The position numbers and the translations under genes are program-made. From Laetmonice hystrix (taxonomy: Eukaryota): a DNA stretch of 64,000 bases. Positions 38,613-49,500 of this stretch are shown here, one piece after another. The notes under the pieces were generated by a model. The model was given only the letters and a program-made list of their open reading frames with translations. It did no database searches and was not told where the DNA came from. The first letter of the stretch is position 1; each line of letters starts with the position of its first letter. The stretch spans positions 24,244,001 to 24,308,000 of the forward strand of contig OZ249436.1 in assembly GCA_965235115.1 (NCBI GenBank). Direction: 5' to 3'.

Positions 38613-39450
38613 CTTTTTAGACCCCAAAACGGGGGCCTTATAATTTGCCCTCTGTCCGTACGTCCGTCCGTATGTCCGTAGACAGCGATTTCTCAGAAGT
38701 GTATGCGTCGATTTCTTTGATACTTCACACAATGATCAAGGATGAACTGAGTGTGATGCACCGCAAACAGATTTTTTACATCATTTAAAATGGCCGCTTG
38801 GCGGCCATCTTGGATGTAAACACATTTTGAGCAATAACGGCCAAAACAATCGCGATTTCTTTCAAACATGGTGCAGGCATAATGAGGGCCAATATGCATC
38901 ACAATAAAATTTCAATTCAGATCCAAAATGGCGACATGGCAGCCATATTTGTTTCTTGACCCCCACAATGACACTCTTTTGGCTTATATCTTGAAAATGG
39001 TGAATGATAACGCCATAGTTGGTATTATTGACAGATAGGAAGTCTTAGGCCAAAAAAAAAAAAAGTTTCGTTTCTTGTCCCCGCGCGCGTTGCCTAAAAC
39101 CCCCGCGTCTTTTTCTTCAAATCCGACTGCTTTATAATGGTGGGCAGTGTAGTGCTGTGACAGAACGTTGCAACGGTTCTTTGGCGTTGGCGTTTTTCTG
39201 TTAGTCTTATTGCTTTTTATGTGAGTTTTACACATTCTTTAATGAAAACATGGAACATCAGTGCATTTCTTCATGTACCCAACAGCAGTTGCATTCGAAG
39301 AATCGGCCGTTGTCTAGTTGTCTAGTTGCATCCAAAAAAAAAACGCACCAAATTTTTTTATATGAAAGGACGAGAAACAAAACTTTTTTTTTGTTTGGCC
39401 TTATATGAAGTTTTATTTAGCACCATTTTCCATGACCTTTCCTTGACCCG
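38613..39450. mobile_element. Helentron/DINE-1-like element related to the 462-bp repeat
   Basis: CCCC-AAAAC-GGGG hairpin, then a (GTCC)n microsatellite, then an inverted match to ~4010-4385; interrupted by the MITE at 39048. Confidence 0.6.
39048..39400. mobile_element. Zator-like MITE
   Basis: GGCCAAAAAAAA...TTTGGCC ends; TTA TSD. Confidence 0.75.
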
Positions 39451-40539
39451 AGTTAGCCAAGAATCCGACTTATCTGAAGATGGTCATTTTTGGATCCTCA
39501 TAGGAAGGAGGGTAGATGAGTAGTAGAAGTCATTAAAACAAAAGTTATTTGAGCACAAGATCAACACTGGATAACGAAAACGTCTAGTCAACACTAAGCA
39601 GAGAAGTGGTCCACAGCAGAATGATATAGTCGGCGTTCAACTTCCGGAGAAGACCCGTAGTTTGTGCGTCGTTCTGAGGAAACCCCTTCTAAATGTGCTG
39701 CCCCTCCTGCTTAGGCGAGGTAAAACAACAGAATTTGGCTCAAATGTCTGAAGCATTTTCTCTGAGATGAGCAAAGATCCAACTTAAAAAATCCGACTTA
39801 TGCATAGATTTTTACATAGTAAAACATTACAAATCATCCGTACCACCGAACTTTGTCCGAGATAAGGGAAGATCCGACTTATGCACGTCCGATTTATGCG
39901 AGTTTTACGGGCATCAATAAACAGCAAAGGGAGCGAACTGAGATTGTTAGTTACGCCTGGGGGGGGGGGGGGGGGGGGGATTCCAACAATGGGCACTAAC
40001 TTCCGGCCATGATGCTATATCTGAAGTCACGGGCTTGTCGCACAACTTAGAACTAATCGATCTCAGTTCGCTCAGTTTTATTGATGCCCATGCACTCCAT
40101 GCAGACAAACGAAGTTCAAAGGTTGCACAGGTACAGCAAGAGTTGATTGAGTTTGGCCGTTCTTCAATGTACCTGCTCAGATCAGCATCACCCTTCCCCG
40201 CCATCACATCTCAACTGGCCGGTTGCATCAATACAGCAGGAGTTCTTCAGTGTACCACCGCCAAGGTAAGATAATTTATCATGTACGATGCGTAATCGCA
40301 TTTTCGTCTAAACCTCATCCTCCCATCCTCCCACCAATCAGATTACAGCACTGTCTGAGGCACGATTCATAAAAATTAGCTTGCATTTCTGGTTAGCCAA
40401 TAGGATCATCCCGAGAAAAGTTATTGTGGTTGAAGCAAGATGGCGAAGCCAACGATGGCAGCAGCGGGTAGGCAGTAAATCCAGACAGTGGGAGGAACAA
40501 CTTTGAGTTGGCAGGGCTTCAAGAACACACTAACTATAA

Positions 40540-40869
40540 GGCCAAACAAAAAAAAAGTTTTGTTTCTTGTCCTTTCATATCAAAAATTTGGTGCGGTGAC
40601 GCTGTTTTTTGTTTTGCAACTAGACAACGGCCGATTCTTCTAATGCAATTGCTGTTGGGTACATGAAGAAAGACTAAATGCACTGATGTTCAATGTTTTC
40701 ATTAAAGAATGTGTAAAACTCGCATAAAAGGCAATAAGACTAACAGAAAAACGCCAACGCCAAAGAACCGTTGCAACGTTCTGTCACAGCGCTACACTGC
40801 CCACCATTATAAAGCAGTCGGGGGGGGGGGGGGGGGTTAGGTGATGCGGGCGGGGACAAGAAACGGGCC
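40540..40869. mobile_element. Zator-like MITE, inverted sister copy of 39048-39400
   Basis: GGCC...GGCC ends; TAA TSD; body is the reverse complement of 39048-39400. Confidence 0.75.
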
Positions 40870-42779
40870 TAATCCCTTTCCGGCCCACGGGCACGGCAGA
40901 GGCCGCGACCGATGGCTAGTGCCAGCGACACCGGGCCGAGCAGGCTGGTGCCAGTTCGGATGTCAGCCAAACCGAAGCAACGATGCTGAAATCAGGGAAG
41001 ATTAAATTTTGGAATTTCGCGTGTTAAAGTCATATTATAACGTGAAATGTAAGAAAATTTTAGCGATTTTCTAATATTACTTCCTGCATGTTACCAAAGA
41101 CGTGTACAAATAGGGACAATACATGCGTGTTATCTGCAGTACAACCGAAAATCGCGATCAATCAAAACAAAAACGTGCAATGATTCCACCACCATTGGAT
41201 TTGAACTGGAAGGGAATTCCCTCACGTGACTTTCTACGCAGTTTTTGAAGACGCAGCCAAACAAGATGGTGTCCTCATCATCGAGCGATCACCCGACAGA
41301 AGTAAGTGGCATGTTATATTACAATGAAACACAGATCTGTCCTATTTACATTAACCTAAGTAGACTGAGGGGGAGGGGACAAGTGTGCCTCCAAGGGTGA
41401 TATGTTTTGCTGTTAACAATCCTGCATTCGAGAGTTTCTCCCGTCAGTCTACCAGTACCCGGCGGGCCAACATACGTTAGCTGTGGAGGCGAGGTCGGAG
41501 TCCTACGCTCTCACTGTCTCAGCGATGATCCATAAGCCATAAGGCAGGCCCGTAGCTGTAGCCGGGGGGGGGGGGATCAGACCAGACCCAAAGGTTTCAC
41601 CCTGTGGTGGTTGGCCTCGCCTACAGGGCCAAGATCTGTGCGCCGAGTTCCACCCCACCGTCCTCAGATCCCCCCCCCCCCTCCAAACAAAGCTGGCTAC
41701 GCCTGTAACCACACTGGGCTTACATTATTTAGATTGCCATTATCCAGCTCTGTTTATTATCCCGTTCCTCCGACAGGATCTTGAAATTGTACGGTTTGGG
41801 TGTACACTATTATTATTGTCGTAGTTAACCTATGGAGAATATAGGGAAATATCTTGCTCACTTTTCAAGATACATGTATCTGGGTGAAACTTGCAGGGAT
41901 GATTCATCATAACATGAAGATCTCGACTTTCGATGGAATATGTCATGGAACGTCATGACATCATTTCATGACGTCGTAAACACAGCAACTTTGGTGTCAC
42001 GTAGTACTCTTCCGGGCAGAGATAGACAAAAGTTATTCATGCCAACTTACTCAGCATTAGTAACTCTATCATTTGCCCCATACATTTGACCTTTAACCTT
42101 TGACCTAATTCAGATATACGTAATAATGTAGAAAACAGTCAAAAGGATTAAGATGCTTTGTTTCTTGATAAAACAAAAAATAAATGGCTCCATAATATTC
42201 TCCATAGTGGGCTTTACAAAGTTATGGCAAATTATTTTGATCTGACATCATATGGCTGAGTCACGTGATTTCGAAGTTTGTCTATTTTCCGTCTAATCAG
42301 AAAGTTGACTGAATCACTGTCATATCTAATGTTTATGGCATAATTCTCTTTCACTAGGCCTCGTTTATTAAGCCTGGCATGACGTAACCGTGGTATGACG
42401 TAATACATAGTTCTTTACCGCTATGGTCATTCATTTACAGCAACACTCTGACACTTAAGCCGGTTGCACATATACCGACCCGATCGCCCGATTAAGCCAT
42501 AAGCCGATTAAACGCCTGGCATGTACGTGGGCATATACACACATGGATCCCTTGGTCGTCCTCAGAGCATATAGGCAGGGTAAAAATTAACAAAATAGAT
42601 GTTGCAATGTGTGGGTAGGGGGTAAATATCCATAGACTATTATAGTATTACACGTAATAGAAAAACATTTACTAAATGATTAGTAGTAGTACACCGACGA
42701 GTTAGACCGATAAGTTATAACAATCTGCATGCCCTGAAATAACATTTAATAATTTTAAACTTTTTAAAACTTTTTTCAG

Positions 42780-42963
42780 AGGCAGTGGTCAGGACGAGAA
42801 TGACCTCTCTGCGCACACGCTATGGTAAGGTCAGGGCCATTGCGACTAAAAGTGGTACAGGAGCCGAATCAGAAAAGCTCACAAGAATTAAAAAGAAACA
42901 AAGGGAGTTGCTTTGCTTCCTGGAACCACATATATGCGCAAACGAGCCTCACAAAGCAACCTG
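42780..42963 (+). pseudogene. Exon encoding the C-terminal part of a MADF/Myb-SANT-like domain
   Basis: ttttttcag acceptor; RMTSLRTRYGK..KSGTG..LLCFLEPH. Removing a 2-nt AT slip gives ...PHMRKRASQSNL|gtaagt, a phase-0 donor. Confidence 0.7.
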
Positions 42964-43286
42964 GTAAGTGTTTAGGAATATTAAGGGTAAGAACATGGAT
43001 GCATCTATAGGGAGTGCACGGCTAGAACACTGAACAATTCTTTAATCTGCTCACTGATTTATAAATTCGTAAGGTACAGTACGAGGTGCATAGATATAGT
43101 TTCAGTCATGATGACAGTAGCCATCATATTTCAGTTGATCATATTATCCTGCCAACTAACTGACCCTTCTGCACTGACAAAGAGTCACACAGGTAGTCCC
43201 GGTTACTTTTTGCAACCAGAGTGACACTTCTACGCCCAGCAACCCTTGCTGCAGGCAGTTGTTGCTGATCGTGCCAGTCCCCCCGT

Positions 43287-44326
43287 TGTAACATATGGGT
43301 GTTGTTGTGTTCCTGGTCCACATCAGCAATGTACAGCAATTTACCTGGTGGAGGGTAGTTGCGGTCACCAGTGTTAGGGGGGTCCCTAACACGAACAGAA
43401 TGGAGTTAGACCTGGGGTCATCCTCCATACAAAGTACTCGGACTCTGAGTGTTGCTAGGATCTCATCAGACTCATCGCCGTGGCTAAGAGCAAGCTGACT
43501 AACTCCTTTATTCATGAAAACTCACATTTTTATATGATCAAGGAGGAGGGAAGTGGGACTCCCAGTAGGGTGCTGCCGACAGGTCACGTGGTGACGCCCT
43601 GCTGTGATTGGTGGGGAGCCTGGTCAAGGTTCGCCGCCCGCCGGGCTGTGCCTAGACGCCGGGCTGTGCCTAGACACGTCCCAGGGTCGAAGACTCACCG
43701 GCGCCCGAATCCCTCCCATGCTCCCACCCACAGGTGGCGTCATTCCAAGTGGACAACCCCCGTCCCTCCCAGCTCAACCGCCGCGTGATTAAGCTGATCA
43801 AAGGGGCGGCGGTGCCACCTACCTGCGCACCTGGTCATCCCCGAAGTCGGGTTTGCACCTCAGCGGACTGATCGTTCCCCTCCTTTGTTACCACCGGGTG
43901 GCCTAAGTTGATAATTGTACCCGATGGAATTCCGGCTCCTCTCCGTGGCGTCAAGAGATCTGCTTAATGGGCTTGTGGACGTCCAGCCACGAAGCCACTG
44001 GATCTCGTAAAAGAGTTCAAACGGGGCCCTAAAAATGTCATTGGGTTGGGGAGACAATGGAGTGCGTTGGCGCGGCTCGGCTCGGTCTGCGCCCATCATT
44101 GTCCTTAATTGCCTCCCCACCCGCCGGCCCGGTGTTGTTTCCTCCGTACGTGTGAGACGCCACGGTTAGGGGCCTAATTGAACCCCACCGGTATGAACAA
44201 GTAATTTTGTAAGTTACGTTCTACACATCTAATAAATCTGGTAAAGTTATATATATGATTTGAGGGAGGTTTCTTATCTATGCGTCTAATACACAAATAC
44301 ACAAAATATACCATCGGTATTTTACA
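43287..44326 (-). mobile_element. Second LTR of the family at 12993, inserted into the Harbinger transposase
   Basis: Reverse-complement match to 12993-14067; TGTAAA...TGTTACA ends; cuts the transposase at LACCVLHNI. Confidence 0.85.
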
Positions 44327-44905
44327 ATATTATGTAGAACGCAACATGCCAACACGACGAAGTCCACGTTATCGGGGGACAGACATATCGGGTTAAGCAG
44401 TACCCGGAACCGATTAGCCATTATTCCAAACGCGTTTTCTACGCAACGACGTGCACGGGAAAGCCGGTAGTTATATATCCTCTGTGGGTGAGTCAGGTTC
44501 CTATGAGGATATGGTTTTTGAAGGTAGTCGCATAATGGAAAGGCGTCGTCACCAATGATACAAAAGGGGAATGGCTCGTCCCGCCCAGGTAGTGCGACTG
44601 GCCCAGGGATCCGTATGGTTTGTTTCTCCATTGCTTTCTGAAGATGACTCTCAGCGAATACACCACCATCAGGTATTCTTCCTTGAGTTCCAACATCACA
44701 GAAGAGGAATTTATACTCTGCATCGACTATTGCTAAAAGTACAGTTGAGAATGTGTGTTTATAGTTAAAAAAATTTGGCACCGGAGCAGCCAGGTTGCCG
44801 TATTGCGATGTGTTTCCCGTCAATACTGCCAAGGCAATTTGGGAAGTTCCATTTCTTCCAGTAATCTGCTGCCACCTCCAACCATTCTTCTTGCATTTTG
44901 GGGCA
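44327..44905 (-). pseudogene. Harbinger (HARBI1-like, DDE_Tnp_4) transposase exon with a +1 frameshift
   Basis: WNFPNCLGSIDGKH, FNYKHTFS, DVG.QGR..DGGVF, IGDDAFPL, YNYRLSRARRCVENAFG, LACCVLHN; acceptor ttctttttcag at 44906; extra T in the run at 44767-44773. Confidence 0.92.
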
Positions 44906-44991
44906 CTGAAAAAGAAAAGAAATTGTATAACCGGTCCATAATGTTATTATCGCGTGAAGAATACTTAGTATATTTATCAATGTGTTTCCAG

Positions 44992-45786
44992 GATGACGAC
45001 GATGACAACGAAGATGAAAATGCTTCCAAGGATTTGGAAGAAAGTTTAAATGACGGTAATGAAAGTGAAAGCACATTCCAAAACGCCAGCACAAGAAAAC
45101 AACACGAACATGATCCATCCCCTGAAATGGCCGACAATGAAACCAACTCCTCAGACATTGAGTTCGCCCCTTCCAGTAGTCCCGTTTCAACAAAGAAACC
45201 TCTAAAAACAAGAGGTGACCACCGCATTCTGCCAGCGAAACGATCCCTCAAGCATGACGAACAAGCTTTTATGCTTGCAATGATGAGAGCCTTGGAAAAA
45301 GATGATGTGGACAAGGTGGGACCTGCTGAAAAAGAAGCTGATATTTCAGCGTTTCTGGAACACATTGGAAATCAACTTCGAGATATCAAAGACAAAAGAC
45401 AGAGAAGGATAATCCAGAACCAAATAGAGAACGTCCTGTTTCGTTGCCAGATGGACCTCTGGCAAGTCCCAGTCGGTGATAGGCCAACGCCCCCTGCATG
45501 TGGAAACCTGTCACAACACTTAAACCTACCCCAGCAGCCGTCACACTATTTCAGTGAGTCAAGTGGGGCCTCCCAAACAAGCTTCCCTCCCGCAATAAGA
45601 TACAATCAACAGGTAATTCAAGAAAACTTCACAGATTCCTCCACGATGAGCCCACACTTTACAAGTCACCCAAACATTCCCTTACACACCATGGCAACTA
45701 CTGGCTCACTGTCACAGATGGCTACTCCTGACAACTGTACCCCATCAGAGGTACTAAAGCGAAGTCTGGACATCATAAATCAGTGA
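44992..45786 (+). pseudogene. Terminal exon of the MADF partner gene with a BESS-like motif
   Basis: tgtttccag phase-0 acceptor; acidic linker, then DISAFLEHIGNQLRDIKDKRQRRIIQNQIENVLF, then a P/S/T/Q-rich tail; frame open to the stop. Confidence 0.7.
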
Positions 45787-46471
45787 GCACATTGCATAGG
45801 TATAATTACACTTCGTTCCACTTTACCCGTTAAACAAATGTTCAGCTTAAGAAAAATAACCCCATGGGCGGATCCAGGGGTTTTTTGTTGGGGGTGGGGG
45901 GTGGGGGGTTAACCATCAGTCAAAAATATATTATGTATTAGGCCAAGGCCTAAAACATATGATAATATTATCATAATTGGAGGATAAAAGAAACCAGGGT
46001 CCTGGGATAACATCGTGCAGAATTCTTTTTGGGAGGGGGGGGGGCGGCTGGGGTGATGAACAAAGAGAGCTTGTGAATCCTCCTTAGTTTGAGATCAGAG
46101 ACTATCCGTGCAAACGGAACTTTCGGGTTAACTGGAAAAATGGCTTTTAGGAAAAAAAAAAAAAAAAAAGTTCGGATTAACAGAAAATTTAGGTTAAACG
46201 AATTCCAGGGTAAAAGAACAAAATATACAGCATGAAATAGGACATAGATCTGCAGGGAAATTATAAAAAGTTCAGCTTAAGCAGGGATGAGCGTCGCATA
46301 TATAGTTTCGACCACTGCGCAGTCGGTCAGTCCAGACTAGTTTACGGAAATGCAAGACTTGTTGTCAATATCTATAATATTAGACTGAAGAGTACCAAAT
46401 TATTTGCACGCCCCTCTCTGTTAAATGCCATTTTATGCACTATATGGGTATACAAATTCAACTTGTCATTG

Positions 46472-46641
46472 ACCCACCCAGCGACATCCACTCTAATACA
46501 CGCCTAAAAGGAACCTCACTGTCCCATATGATGCTCCAGCCCCTATGGAAGGGTTTCAAGTAACATTCATCCACGGTCTGCGCCAATACCCTGCCACAAG
46601 GCATAGGCCTAGTAAGTCAATGCGAGCTCGCATGTCAAACC
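46472..46641 (+). repeat. Isolated diverged fragment of the downstream satellite
   Basis: Matches ~50517-50679 (ACCCACCCAGCGACATCCACTCTAATACACGCCTAAAAGGAAC...GCATGTCAAACC). Confidence 0.9.
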
Positions 46642-47250
46642 GGTGTGACTAATTACCGAAATCTACCGAAATCTACCGGAATCTACCGGAATTCAGAAAC
46701 CCCATGACTAATTACCGAAATCGACCCCCAAACTTCCCGAAATGGACCTCTAGTTGTGCTTGGGACCCCCCAAACTTCCGAAATCGACCTCTAGTTGTGT
46801 TTGGGAGTCCCCAAACTTACGGAAATCGACCCACTCTAATTGGGTTTGGGAGCCCCGAAACTTACCGAAATCGACCTCTCATTGGGTTTGGGAGCCCCCA
46901 AACTTACCGAAATCTGGGGCTCCCAAACACAACTAGAGGTCGATTTCGGTAAGTTTCGGGGCTCCCAAACACAACTATAGAGGTCGATTTCGGTAATTTT
47001 AGGGGCTCCTAAACCCAATTACAGAGGTCGATTTTGGTAAGTCTCGGGGCTTTCCAATAGTATTAGAGGTCGATTTCGGTAAGTTTGGGGGCTCCCAAAC
47101 ACAAAGTTCTAGAGGTCAATTTCGGTAAGTTTGTGGGCTCTCAAACACAACTAGAGGTCGATTTCGGTAATTAGTCATGGAGTTTCTGGATTTCGGTAGA
47201 TTCCGGTAGATTTCGGTATATTCCGGTAGATTTCGGTAATTAGTCACACC
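46642..47250. mobile_element. Palindromic MITE with mirrored ~40-bp tandem subrepeats
   Basis: GGTGTGACTAATTACCGAAATCTACCG TIRs; internal TTACCGAAATCGACCTCTAGTTGTGTTTGGGAGCCCC units switch orientation near 46915. Confidence 0.85.
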
Positions 47251-47454
47251 CGTGGACAGTTTTCGCCCTAGTAGGAATTGGAACGAGTTGCGCATGTCCG
47301 AGACTTTGGCTCCCTTATGCCAATCTCCTACCGCAGCGTCTCAGTATCGCCAGAACTAGTCAGAATGCAAACACCCCTGTCCACTTAGACTCGCCCTGGT
47401 CGTCCCTGGGCCCCGAACATGTATACCATTCTTGTAAGCGTGCTACACGCCAAC

Positions 47455-47757
47455 TTGTTGTTCGCGTTTGTGATCTCTCTCTTGCATTTGCGTGTTTGAA
47501 TTTGTTTTCGCGGTTTTTGTTTTGTAATTGCCGTTTTGGCGTTTGCGTTTGTGTTTTCTCTTTTGTTTTTGCGTTTTTGAATTTGTGGTCGTGGTTTCTG
47601 TTTTGTAATCGCCGTTCTAACTTTTGCGTTTGTGTTTTCTCTTTTGCATTCGTCGTTTTTAATTTGTAAACGTGTTTTCTCTTTTGCATTCGTCGTTTTT
47701 AATTTGTTAACGTGTTTCCTCTTTTGTAATCGTCGTTGGCACTAACCGGCCACCGTA
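47455..47757. repeat. T/G-rich minisatellite at a TACGG-type element end
   Basis: Repeated TTTTGC(A/G)TT.GTGTTTTCTC units ending in ...CCGGCCACCGTA. Confidence 0.55.
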
Positions 47758-49000
47758 CATGTGCACTCTGAAAGGTTGGTTGAGTATACACCTGAGAACT
47801 GACATGCTTATAGTAACCACCGTAAACAACACAGTCATGCGGTAAGGCATGAGCCTATAGGTCTTCCGGTAGGCTACTCAGTGGCAGATCCAGAAGGGGG
47901 GGGGGGGGGGGTCGGCGACGCCCAGCCCCCCCCCCTCAAATTTCCCTTTTTACAACCAAAAGTGGCCCCTTTTTTTTACAACGGGTCGACCCTTGATCTG
48001 TCCTTTTTATGCCCCCCCCCCCTCCAAATATAGACCCTATAGATCCGCCGAGGCTGTAACTTGTGCGCCGGTATGATGATAGCAATGATGTGGGATGATG
48101 ACAATGATGAGAAACTATACTGCCGTGCAATGACAAAAGGAAGCAAGTCCAACTTTCATCAAAATCGACTTTAGTGTAAATTTGGATTAAGGGAAGTAAG
48201 TCCTATCTATCAATGTGTGTATTTCTGCTAAACATATCCTTCTATGAAGCTATCAGTCACATGACAGAAGGAAGCACGTCCATCCAAGTGCACTGTAGAG
48301 ACAACTTGTTTATGTCCATTTCTCGAAACTTGAACTTTTCGACTTGCTTCCTTTTGTCATTTCACTGCAGTATAGAGGGTCATAGAATTGCATGTTGGCC
48401 TACATCCGATGAGAGGGGGGGGGTCAGTCATGTAGGCCTGCCCTAATTATTTAGATAAATAGACCTAGCTGATCCTCCAGTGTTTATGTGCGAGGTGGAA
48501 AAGGAGAAAGACCTGCTAAATTCTTGGATCAGCCGCTGTACAGGGCTGGGTGGTGTCCCGAGGTGAGTGGGGAGCTGTTCTAGCAGGTATACTGAGCCGG
48601 CAGGGGGCAGTCATGCATGTTCATGTTTGCTTTCTGTCACGTCCACTGGGGGCGCTGCAGACAAGGCGACAGTGGCGCCATCTTGTGTGAACAACTCTCA
48701 TGAATACAGCGACAGGAAGGTGAGACTCGAGATTGGTTGATTTTGACGGACTGCCTGAGTCTCTACATCGTCCGTTACCATCATCTTGATCAAGATGGAG
48801 CAAGAAGATATTCTCTACAATAAGCCGGAGTACATAGAAACCGTATGTACCGCAAGGTAATTGAAAAAACAAAAAGTAAATAGTCCTGTAAATTCTGAGC
48901 AATAATATAAGCAAACTTTGATTTAGCCTCTGATGGACAACGCCTCCTCACGACCTCATCCGTCAAACCTGTACTTCTTGTCACTTTTGTGTTATAATAG

Positions 49001-49111
<111 letters not shown>

Positions 49112-49300
49112 TAAAAACAAAAGACTAATGTGATTATTAATTTTTTTTATGTTGTACCAGTATTTTAAAGTGGCACCCCAAATTCCTCAAATACTTATCT
49201 TTGAACCCCAAGGACACCATGTTAAAATTTCAGGTTCGAGCGATAAGTGAAAGTGTATTAAAAAAATGGATGTTGTTAGGGCCCTGACGTTACCGTTTGG

Positions 49301-49500
49301 NNNNNNNNNNNNNNNNNNNNNNNNNNNNNNNNNNNNNNNNNNNNNNNNNNNNNNNNNNNNNNNNNNNNNNNNNNNNNNNNNNNNNNNNNNNNNNNNNNNN
49401 NNNNNNNNNNNNNNNNNNNNNNNNNNNNNNNNNNNNNNNNNNNNNNNNNNNNNNNNNNNNNNNNNNNNNNNNNNNNNNNNNNNNNNNNNNNNNNNNNNNN
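49301..49500. other. Assembly gap (200 N)
   Basis: Run of exactly 200 N. Confidence 1.

Larger units (their letters stand above)
42458..45800. mobile_element. Decayed PIF/Harbinger transposon (right end lost)
   Basis: TTA|AGCCGGTTGCACA putative left TIR; contains a MADF/BESS gene (+) and a DDE transposase exon (-). Confidence 0.75.

Noticed and set aside
44755..44991. 5' part of the 343-aa ORF as real coding sequence
   Set aside because: It is antisense to the transposase exon and intron; the plausible exon starts at the acceptor at 44992.
47360..47689. Lys/Gln/Thr-rich 109-aa ORF
   Set aside because: Translation of a minisatellite.
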